A stretch of DNA of 64,000 nt from Pavona decussata (Eukaryota). Shown one piece after another: positions 1 to 10,504 of the stretch (within the stretch, counting starts at the first letter, position 1; every line of letters begins with the position of its first letter). The notes below the pieces were generated by a model. The model was given only the letters and a program-made list of their open reading frames with translations, was not told where the DNA came from and made no database searches. The translations under genes were made by a program, and so were the position numbers. Location of the stretch: the NCBI GenBank assembly GCA_977016875.1, contig CDRNST010000013.1:806001-870000 (forward strand), written 5' to 3'.

Positions 1-155
1 TGGCTAAATGACAAAAAGGTCCTCGGAATGGAATTGTCTGTTAAATTTTCCCATTTTCATGGTACTTTGTTTAAATTACTCCAGTTCCACAAAGTTGTTT
101 TTAAAGGATACATGGTTTGCTTCTCAATATTTTTGAATATTAGGGTAATTGGGCT

Positions 156-421
156 ACAACCAGTTGCAAAAATAGTGAGACACTCCAACCAAAAATCGCC
201 CTTTACCACTTCAAATTGCTGCCGCTCATAAATCTGTGAGACATGACAGTACCCCCCTCCCTCCCCTCCATACAAAGTTGTTCCTCCAAATTTTGAGCGT
301 CATCTTGCATTGCTAACAGCATTGATAAGGGGGGGAGGGGGAATGGAAAGCACGTGATCACGGCAACTTCATTTAAGGCCAAATATGTTACAGTGTCTCA
401 AGTCTTTTTGCAACTAGTTGT
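156..421. mobile_element. 266-bp non-autonomous TIR element (MITE), copy A
   Basis: TIR ACAACCAGTTGCAAAAA...TTTTTGCAACTAGTTGT; near-identical to 1805-2070 (2 differences seen); flanks CT|element|CTGAG. Confidence 0.85.
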
Positions 422-735
422 CTGAGTTAGGGGTGAACATCCAGGCCCTTTTCTCGGATGTGGAGGAACGTACAAATGATGTTGACCTAAATTTGGAAAA
501 TGCAACATCTATTTAGTACATCACTGGACATTTTAGGGTTCTAATTGGGGTGGAAGTGCGCTAAATAGGCCGTTCGAATTCCCGTCACGTCGAGAATGCG
601 TGACTTTTGCAAGATCACAATAAAACCAAAACACTTGCACTAATGTCATTTGTAGTCAATCCTAAATAGTTATAAATGGCCAACGATAAAATACAGTCAG
701 GGGTGAAAGCATTCCATGTGTTATGTACCATTTTA

Positions 736-838
736 TGACGGTCTACCATCACAACACGGTCTACCATCACTACAGTAAGAAATATGATATGTTATCTATT
801 TTTAAGTCATTCGCTATGGTAGACCGTGTAGACCGTCA
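736..838. repeat. Iteron-like direct plus inverted repeat (ACGGTCTAC twice forward, twice reverse)
   Basis: TGACGGTCTAC (736-746) pairs with GTAGACCGTCA (828-838); ACGGTCTACCAT (756-767) pairs with ATGGTAGACCGT (816-827); AT-rich spacer. Confidence 0.8.
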
Positions 839-1138
839 CTGCAAAATTCGATAGTGGTATCCTGTTGTTTCGTGAGCTTCCCTGCAACAAACCCAGTGTT
901 CAACTTTTGTGTTAAAACTGTTAAAAGAACGGACAACAGCTTCCGCGAAAGAATATCTGCTGGGAAACTTTTCTAAATCGGCGTGGCTGTAGGTGATTAA
1001 ATACACTTGCCAAACAGCTCTCGCATTCATAACTCTCTCTGATGCACCCGTGTTGCTAGCTTTTCCTCCAGCGTCTGTACTATTTTCTGTATCCGTGGTG
1101 TCCGAGTCACTGTTGCCATACTCTTTGAGAAATTCCAT
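836..1138 (-). pseudogene. Truncated HUH endonuclease (Rep-like) N-terminal domain
   Basis: VYLITYS resembles RCR motif I (gemini FLTY); WVCCREAHETTGYHY resembles the run-up to motif II (CRExHxxGxxHxH); ORF is cut inside the HUH motif. Confidence 0.7.
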
Positions 1139-1804
1139 TGCAAACAAGTTCAGAGAGTAGCAAATAACCATGTAAGTGGCAAACTCGCGTTCGCCGCACT
1201 TTAATTTACGCACGTGTAAGTTTCACCTGTCGTAATAGCAATGCAAACACGTCCTGAAAAATGTAACTAGCTTAAAGCAATTTGCTGAAATAAGCGTGTA
1301 TCACAATGTATATTCACAAAGGTCTAATTTTCAAGACTCATTTCTAAGCAACTGGTTTTCCCCTTAAAACGGCACGCGATCACAATAGAACGTGTGTTTA
1401 TGTCCCTAACAAGAACGTCAACAAACGCTTATCTCCGAAATCTAATGACGGTTTTGGCGCAACCTATGCACGTAAATAAACTTGTTTGACGTTAATGCTC
1501 AGTAAATAACTTTGAATCACGTCCTTACAGACCGCACAAGCGAAAATGGCCTTATATCACTTCTTTATTTCCAAACTTAGGCATATTTTCTGACTTGCTA
1601 ACTGAAAACAATGAAAATTGCGGCTATGACGTCATTCCAAAAATAACCCAAAATTACCTTTCTTCTTCTGCCATTTGTAATCCATGAAACATCCACCAAT
1701 AAAACCCAATTTTGCCAAAACCCCTCACAAATAGCCAAACGTAGACCACTTCCCAAAGCGATCCATAAACTAACAGAATGCTCATACAGCGTCAAAGCGC
1801 TCAG

Positions 1805-2070
1805 ACAACCAGTTGCAAAAATAGTGAGACACTCCAACCAAAAATCGCCCTTTACCACTTCAAATTGCTGCCGCTCATAAATCTGTGAGACATGACAGTA
1901 CCCCCCTCCCTCCCCTCCATACAAAGTTGTTCCTCCAAATTTTGAGCGTCATCTTGCATTGCTAACAACATTGATAAGGGGGGGAGGGGGAATGGAAAGC
2001 ACGTGATCACGGCAACTTCATTTAAGGCCAAATATGTTACAGTGTCTCAAGTCTTTTTGCAACTAGTTAT
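1805..2070. mobile_element. 266-bp MITE, copy B
   Basis: Direct copy of 156-421; flanks CTCAG|element|AG. Confidence 0.85.
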
Positions 2071-2246
2071 AGTTACATACCATGGCGCATTAAGGTTGCT
2101 TTTTTTTTTTTTTTTTTTTTTTTTGAACTGTCCTTCGCTGTGATGGTGGACATAAACTCGGTTTTTTTCAAGTCTTTAACGGTATTTTTCACCTCAGTGA
2201 GACTGTCCCTTACTTCAGCGGGGAAAAAGAGGACTTCCGATTTACT

Positions 2247-2455
2247 CTAAGTAAAGATACCTATTGTGGCGTTCTTTGTGTGCCAGATATCATGCAAATC
2301 CAATTCTGACTGCAGCTGCTCTATTGCCCCATGAGAACAAAACAATGCAGCACCCCATTCTCTTCTCCAAAAGACCTGATTTTCCTCGGTGGAATGTGTT
2401 TCTTGCAGGAAAACAGTATCTGGTTTTTGTTTTCCCAGCCAAGTAAACATCGCCT
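2247..2455 (-). mobile_element. L1/Tx1 APE endonuclease fragment
   Basis: FTWLGKQKPDTVFLQETHSTEE...WRREWG...FCSHG matches L1-type APE motif (LQETH). Confidence 0.75.
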
Positions 2456-3689
2456 GGGTATCAATGAAATAAATTAACCTTCACCATTTGTAGTAACAAA
2501 AATTATCAAAAAGATAAACACAAGAATTGTGGAGGAGGTGATCTTTATATGGTTTTTAGTAAATAGCCATAAACACATAACTCTGATTGAAAAGTTTAAA
2601 TCCGAGCTTTGATTGCTGAAAATGTTTCAGGTAAAAGAATGATACATGTACATGTATGGTGTCATCATAACTACAGTTTAAAAAATAGCTTACATACAAA
2701 ATTTCATACAAAAAGACATCTGTTTAAAATCCGCACCTATTCTGCTATGTACAAGCAATTCCAACATTAAACCATATAGCACTAGATACCAAATGCATGT
2801 TACATTGCAGTTATGTCCTCTGTTGCAGACATGACCTTTGACATTATGTGATATGATGGGCCAATCACATAATGCAATCTATCTTAGCCCACGCAAATTA
2901 AGACTGGTAAAGAGACTCCTTTGCAGTTTGGTCTTGGAGCAAAATTGATTTTTCGATGGGGTGAGGGTAAGTGGCAAATAAATTTGACTTGATTTGAAAG
3001 CAATGAAAAGGCGGCTTACACCGATTGATTTCGAAAGCAACAGTATATGTGTTGGTGTTCAGTTTCCATAAGCCTTTAAAGACCTTTTTTATACTATCTG
3101 CATACATAAAAGGATAAATCAATATAGTACGTTGGAAGTGTTAAGCAAAACAGTGGCGATTGAGAGAAGGAAAGGTCAACATTGAACTTACGACCTAACC
3201 AACAAGAAGGAGGACGCTTTTTTTCCCGACAAACAGGAGAGCTTCAAACTCAAGGATTCTCCTTGATCTTCGTATCATAGCATTCCAAATTTTATCTACA
3301 AACTTAGTGCGGCCTAGTTAAAAGGAAAATTGCTGCAACTTAGAGCGCAATATTTTTGGCAACGTTCTGAAGTTTTATTACAATAGTACTGTTCCAATTG
3401 TTCAGTTGTGTCCTCAGTCTGAGGAAGTGCTCGCTTTCATCTAATGCCTGCAACACTTCTTCCATGCTGGTCAATCGTTTGATTTCCACCTCCTCACCCT
3501 CATCAATTCCTTCAACTTCAACTTTATTAGGTGGTTTTTGAAAAAAAATTACATGTACAATTTCTTGGCACCGCTGGTAGCAAGGCTAATCTAGTCTTGC
3601 CAGGATGTCAAAAAGAAAGAATGACTTAAACTGCTAAGTATGAAGGCAGACTGAGCTATAATATCAAAGATACAAGAATAAGGAAAGTT

Positions 3690-4440
3690 TGAAATGAAAT
3701 GAAATGATCTTTATTAGGGCTCCAAGAAGGCTCTTCAGTCCTAATTTACACAAATTAGTCATTGTCTACAAAAGGAAAAATACCTATCAATCCTAATTTA
3801 CAAATGTATATTAAATATTATCTAGAATAAAAAGGGCGTTCAGTCCTAATTTGCAAATAATAATCATCGTACAATGATACAATTAACTATTTGAAAAATA
3901 TAATTGGAAAAGATAATCTTTCAATTTCCTCTTAAACATTGATAGGTTCCGCATAGTTACTGATCGGTACAGAAAAGATTGCTGCCTAGCAGCAGATTTG
4001 TATCCTGGAATATCTAATTTGTTCTTATTTCTAGTATTTCGATCATGCACAGTAGCCCTGTGACAAACCAGGAACAGAGATATCGAGGTGCTAGTCCCTT
4101 AACACATTTAAATGTGAGAACGCCAACAGTATTTTTCAGCATAATACTGACAGGAAACCAATTTAAGTCCCCCAGGACAGGTGTTATGTGTTTGAATTTT
4201 CTCGAGCCTGTGACAACTCTTGCAGCAAAATTCTGGACAATTTGCAGTTTGGAGACGTTCTTCTTTGATGTGCTGGACCATAGAGGAAAACAATAAAATA
4301 ATCGACTTAATAACAAAGCGTGGATAAAATTCTCTAAAGACTTTGAGTCAAAAAGATATTTAATTCAGTTAATCTGGCATAGGCTAGCGAAACAAGATGA
4401 GACAGTGTTCGTAATATGATCATCAAAGCTTAGCGTTTCT
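3690..4440 (-). mobile_element. CR1/L2-group LINE 3' end
   Basis: SRLFYCFPLWS...LQIVQNFAARVVTG...HITPVL..LNW is the post-RT region; (TTTCA)n-like tail near 3690. Confidence 0.75.
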
Positions 4441-4705
4441 TGGGAGGACTAAAATAATTAAGAACTTTTTTGAGCTCCTTTAAAGGCAACACAGGAGAAA
4501 AGACAAGGAAAACATGAAATACGGTAGGAAGGAAAGGAATGACAAAACGGTAGTATACAACTATGTCAGTTGTGATTTGACTTTTGTTACTAGAGATTCA
4601 AAATCGTAATACAAGTCTTCAGAATCTAGGATGTTAAATAGTACAATTTTGATTTTCTTTTTGAATAGCGATTTGGGTAATATGCGGAGCTTTGTTGGTA
4701 ACTCA

Positions 4706-4995
4706 CAGAAGATGACAGAAGACAGGAATAATAAACACCATGTCTTACTCCCAGAGAGGAACACCTGTCATTACAATTTGAGGAAGAAACGAAAATTCAA
4801 CGCTAATTTTAAGACAAACAGATGAAAGAACTCATTCCTTCTTAGTAACGCGCTCAAATTGTAATTTTTGTCATTTTATAGCAGTTTCTTAACCTTTGTA
4901 ATTTTTTATAAAATTTATTGTAAAAAACTATATAATTCAACCCCTGGATTGCAATTTAGTTTTAATAAAGCATCTATCTATCTATCTATCTATCT
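4706..4995 (+). mobile_element. 5'-truncated LINE 3' end with (ATCT)n tail and 8-bp TSD
   Basis: LLPERNTCHYNLRKKR; AATAAA then ATCT repeats; GTAACTCA duplicated at 4698-4705 and 4996-5003. Confidence 0.85.
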
Positions 4996-5711
4996 GTAAC
5001 TCATTCCACAGCTTCACACCGGCTCTAGAGAAAGATTGTCTTTTTATCTCCAGCCTTGATCTTTGTATATAAAAATTATCAGATACGAAGATCGTGTATT
5101 ATAGGAATGTACTTTCTTTGTAGGAAGAAATAAATCTTTGAGGTTTGGAGGGACACAATCATTATTAACGTTGTGCATCATTTCAGCCAGCAGTTTATAA
5201 TATAGACAATTCAGAGGTAAGATTTTTGCGTTTAGGAAAAACGGGATTGCATGGTCACCTCTATCAGCAAACTGCATATAACGTAGGGCACACTTTAGTA
5301 GAATAAAAAGTTTACTCTATTGGGTTTTGCTCACTCGTCCCCACACAACTAGTCCATAATGCAAATAGGGAGCAATAAGGGAATTATAAATGCTAGTGAG
5401 GGAATGAAAAGGAACGAAATGCCTAAGTTTTGACAACAGACCAATGGTTTTACTGACTTTTAGAATAGCGGTATCAACATGAAATTTCCATGACAACCTA
5501 TAGTCAATGAGGACACCGAAATATTTTACGTATTCTCTACATTCCAGATACACATAGTTATTTGTTAGGGGATCATTGATATATATTCTGGTAATGAATG
5601 GGAGTCTTTTCTGGTACGGCGGGAGATCACAAAGTTAGATTTTGTTAAGCTGGGGTTAATTTATTCGATATTAGCCATTGATATATATTTTGTTCAGCTC
5701 AATATTCATGG

Positions 5712-5898
5712 CAATCTCGTGCCCAGTGTCTTCAGGCTTTTTGGTCAGCGGGGCAACGCCGGGAAGACTCTGGCTGTTCCGTAACGGTTTCCATTGTTTT
5801 ACCGCAGAAATCCTGCGGTAATAAAATTCGATGTCCCCAGAGTCTTCCCGGCGTTGCCCCGCTGACCAAAAAGCCTGAAGACTCTGGGTACTAGATTG
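5712..5898. mobile_element. Foldback MITE with 9-bp TSD (AcademH-like non-autonomous)
   Basis: ~60-bp TIR CAATCTCGTGCCCAG.../...CTGGGTACTAGATTG; TATTCATGG duplicated at 5703-5711 and 5899-5907. Confidence 0.8.
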
Positions 5899-6639
5899 TA
5901 TTCATGGTATTTTCAAGGAATTTAAGATTTTTGCTAGATGAGAGTATATTAGTATCGTCTGCAAATAATTACAAGTTAAGTTTTTTTGAGCTAGAGCGTA
6001 TATCATTAGTGTAGAAAAGAAAGAGCAAAGGCCCCAACACAGAGCCCTGAGGGGCCCCACAAGTTATACTAGTCTTCTTTGATGACATTTGTCTGACAAA
6101 AGTCACCTGTGTTCTCTCTAGATAGGACCTTAACCAATCATTAATTATTCCATGAAAACCGTAAAAATCTAGTTTTTGTAGCAAGATGTTATGTCAAATG
6201 CTTTTTTTAAGTCTATGAAAACGCCACACAAAACTCCCCTTTATCCATATTTGAATGAATTGCATTAGCTATGTCAAGAATTGTGTGATCCGTTGAATGG
6301 CCATGTCAAAACCCATACTGGGGTGAACAAAGAGGATTATTTTTATTAATAAAGGATTTCATTCTTTTATATACGAGTTTTTCAAAAATTTTATTGAAGC
6401 ATGATAACAGAGAAATTGCTCTGTAATTATTAGGGTCTGTTTCGTCATTGGATTTGAAGATCAGAATTACTTTCGCCACTTTAACTTTAGATGGGTGATT
6501 GCCAGAGTCAACTGATTTATTAAAAATCTGTGCAATAATATCACTTATGATATCGGATGTGGATTTAAGTATGCTGACTTGGCATGAATAGAATCCATAT
6601 GATTTGTTGTAGGCCTAGAGAGAATTTCAAATTTAACTT

Positions 6640-7590
6640 CATTTGATGTTATAGGCTGAAATAAAAATGATGACACAGGTGATTTGCAAACTTGCATGGA
6701 GAAACAGATTTTGCAATTCTCTATCCTTCCATCTTTTCAATTCACTCACTGGTCTTAATTTTCGGTTGAAATCATGTGGAAACTCCACATTTAGCATGGC
6801 CTCATCGATCTCTTCTTTGAAATTGGCAAGGAATCCATTGTCACTTTGATGGTCTAGCCAGATGTTAAGTCTTCTTAAAAATTCACTAGCAAGAACGAGA
6901 TGCATGTAGTCCAACAAGACTTTACACGGAACATCAAGAATGTTCAGAAGAGGAAAAAGACCCTGAACACCAAATACTGACTTCCCAGTTCTTTCTGCTT
7001 CCTGTACATGGACAAGTGTTTGGGTGTGTCCATTGAGGTGGTAACTGATCAGTGTAAGGGTAAATTAAAATACTCCCTTTTTCTTGCTGAATTCCTTCTC
7101 CTGGATGTAAGTAAATGGAGCAGCCACTCTTGGCATTAAACTGACAAAAATACAGGGATGGGGGGTTTTCAAAAAGATCAACAAGATAGCCAATTGTAAA
7201 ACGACGTTTTCCACAGAAATGTTTGCCAGTCTCCTCCAACTTTCACTTAACCATGCTGAAGCTGCTCCAATTCGGTCACAAATTTCTCTTGGAAACGTTC
7301 AGATCTGGCCTTTTTTGGAGTGCAGGAAAGACCACAAACCAGGATATTTGGAAAACAATACCTCAGTTTGGTTGGATGTTCCACAACAAAACAATGAATT
7401 GGCCAGAGATTAATAGTCTTGAATTTGACTGCAGGTGCTCCATCTATGTGGTATACCAGTGAGATCAGCTATCCTACATCATCTTTGCCTGGTGTTTGCT
7501 GATACACTTTACCACAGCAAATATCATAGAAGAAGCGTTAACCATGAACATGGTCATGTTGTTATTCCTTTATTTTGTCCCAATATACTG
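6640..7590 (-). pseudogene. EnSpm/CACTA transposase, middle region
   Basis: DICCGKVY, ISLVYHIDGAP..K...NLWPI, QFNAKSGC...HPG, DYMHLVL, FPHDFNRK.R......WK..E. Confidence 0.8.
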
Positions 7591-8057
7591 TTAATATCAA
7601 AATATAAAAAAAACAGGATGTTTAAGGGACTGTATTCCTATATTCTTTACTTTGCAAGATAATAATTATCTTGGAATTTAGAAGAAAGCAACTATCAATT
7701 ATCAGAATAATTTTCAATACATGTTGTCAGAAGAGTTGTTACAGTCGAAATTCCCATTAGTGACTATTCACAATGTCATGCACTGGTGGTGACGATTACA
7801 GGATGTGGTCACTTATGAGAGTACAGACCACGGGGGTCTCCATTTTGAATCATAAGCAGATGGTAACAGCAGCACAGTTTAGTCCATACTCTGATTCCTA
7901 GAAACAACAAGACAATGATATTTTCGCTTACATGTAAATCAGACATGAAGAGCCTTGGATGTGACTTTGACTAAAAATAGAACACACTGATCATTTGCTT
8001 TAAAGATTTCCTTTTTGCAACCAATTTACGAATCACTTGCTACAGGTGGTCAGTTAA

Positions 8058-9534
8058 AGTGCCTATGAACTAAAAATTGTTTTCATTTAGTTTTAAAGTT
8101 TACCTTTAAAATACAGGTTTCCAAGGTTTGAGAACTGTAGACTTAAAAATGACGATTTTACAAGCCTTTAAAGTCGTGCTACTTTACTCTCAAAAATGGT
8201 ATTTGAATCGCGCGACCAAAATATCACGTGATATCAACCTCTGATGTCACTTTCTTGACAAATTCGTTCCCGCAATATGGAGGAAAAGAAGCAGCGAGGG
8301 CGGTATTGCATTGCTGGTACGCCAAACCAGCAAAGCTGCCAAAACAGATCGTTTACCCCGGGTATAGGAATGTACCAATTTCCCGCTGATCCAGCTGTGA
8401 GGGCCAAATGGGTCCAGTGTGTCCGTAGACATAGGCATGATTTCAAGAACCCAACGTCAAAATACACTTCACTCTGTGTGGCTCATTTCGAGGATTCGTG
8501 TTATGAACGCAGTTTATCCGTTCTAAGCAGCATGGAGGCCGCGGGGATGAAAGTAAAGCATTGCCTGAAAAAGGACGCGATCCCAACGAGGGATACTACT
8601 ACTCCACCAGGTCAAGAAGAACTTAGCGAGCGAAGTAAACGACAGGTGAGACAAGTTTCATGCTTCTGTTTTTACACCTCATGGTCATTGTTTCACGACC
8701 TTCTCTGCGATCGCCGTCGCCGATATTGTTGCGAGAAAGGTTTTTGTTTTGATACATGATTCTGACTTAAACATTGTAAGAATTAATTCCCAAAATGATG
8801 CTTACAAAACCAATACAGGTTTTTTAATCCTTATACATTTATAAACTTAAGCTTCACTCAAATAATCGATATTGTGAAATAACATGCATAATAATAGTTT
8901 GATTTTCCTCGTGGTTTTGGTGAAGGTGAAGGTTTATTATAGGGTATTTATTTTGAAGAAAGGACTTAGAATGTAAGTCTTACTTAGTGATACATGTACA
9001 CAATTTGCAAATACATGTATGACGTTACAAACTATTCGTTGTATTTCTTTTAGCTGAAACGTGATGCACTACAGCCTGTGTGTATCAAGCAGACCAGAAA
9101 CACGAAGGAAAGTAACATCTTCAGAGAGTAGTACATGCACCACACCACCGTGTCCCGAGAGTACAACAGTACCATCTTCTGAGGGCACTGTAGTATCATG
9201 TTCAGAGAGACAAGAGTCGCATTTCTCAACCCCCTCTCAAGGTGTAGAATGTGAAGATACCCATTCAAACGTCGATGATGAGATACCCATTAGCACACCA
9301 TCATCGTCTAATTTTGTGATGGGTATATCGACTACAGTTGCGAGCACACCACTTTCATCAGCCCAAAGCTGTAAAGGGTGTGCCAATTATCAATCAAGGT
9401 GCCACAATTTAAAGAGAGTAAATGGTCGGCTGAAATTAAAAGTGTCCAATTTGCAAATGAAAGTGTCCAGTCTGAAGAATAGCATCAAACAGATAGAACA
9501 TGTGGGTTTTGTTGAACTTTTGCCTCAGTTTTAG
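8058..9534 (+). mobile_element. Kolobok-type element 5' part with THAP-domain gene (exons ~8277-8645, ~9054-9501)
   Basis: TTAA|AGTGCC terminus; THAP signature C..C, FP, W, LC..HF, AIPT; CAG|GTGAG donor. Confidence 0.65.
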
Positions 9535-10504
9535 TTGTTGCTTTTTTTTTTTTTTTTTAAGAAGCCAAGTAGGATGTACATGTAATACTACAAGTGCTAG
9601 TACAGTGTACTGTTTCTATGACGACAGCCACTACCACCAAGTGCTGTCACTCCTACTGCTACTATTACTACAATGGAACAATTGAAAGAACACGAGAACA
9701 TGTTTGATAAGTGGATAACATTAGCCGTGCTTTTTAGCTTGGGAAAAGGTTATCTCTGATTGGCTCTAATGGCCAATAACATTGGAAAATGAATAACAGC
9801 TTTTAGTGCCAATTATAATGTAAAAGTATTAATTAATTTGAAAAGGTGTTTATTATAATCAAATTAAAACCTCCTGGCTCTTTAACCGAGCGATTTTCAG
9901 AGAGGACAGGTGCTGATTTTACCAAGTCTTCAGGCATAAAGTGAAAGGGATGGCAAATGGTGAATTTGAAACAATCATCTCTCTATGCAAGGGAAAAACC
10001 CTTTTGAACTAAGATCGAGACTAACTATTTTGCCGAAAAAATGAGACTGCAAGACATACACAGCCGCTCAAAAACGGAGACAGAGACCTGTGAAATTTGA
10101 CTACAATTTTAACCCTGCATATTTTCAGTATGGCCATTCACAATCACTAGTAAAATAATATGTTGTTGTCAGGTGCTTAAACAGAACCCTACATTATCAA
10201 CTGGGACACTCTCCATTTGAACATGCATGGCAAATTTCAAACTCATAACAAAGTATTGAAAATTAGTAAATGCAAATAACTTGCATTTTTTAGGTCACTG
10301 CACACCATATCTCGGAGGGCTGCTCTTGCATAACAGTAACTGATTGATTTTTATGTTAGTGGGTAGTTCGTCCACCTTCTAATCCCGAACCTACATGAGC
10401 ATTTCAGGAGTCAGCATTGCCCACATATCCATAGTCCGCTTCGCCCACTCTGAGTATTTGGGTATTTTCTCCTGATAGTGTCTACTCCATGGGTCCTGTA
10501 CTAA

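Larger units (their letters stand above)
4520..6638 (-). mobile_element. CR1-group LINE ORF2 relic (RT and C-terminus) with two nested insertions
   Basis: CGAPQGSVLGPLLFL, FADDT-like at ~5955, KYFGVLID..LSW, HSYNTRS, GVKLWNELP; many frameshifts. Confidence 0.85.

Noticed and set aside
28-275. Short ORFs 57-275 and 1598-1924 with identical N-termini
   Set aside because: Chance frames in the duplicated MITE; not a gene family.
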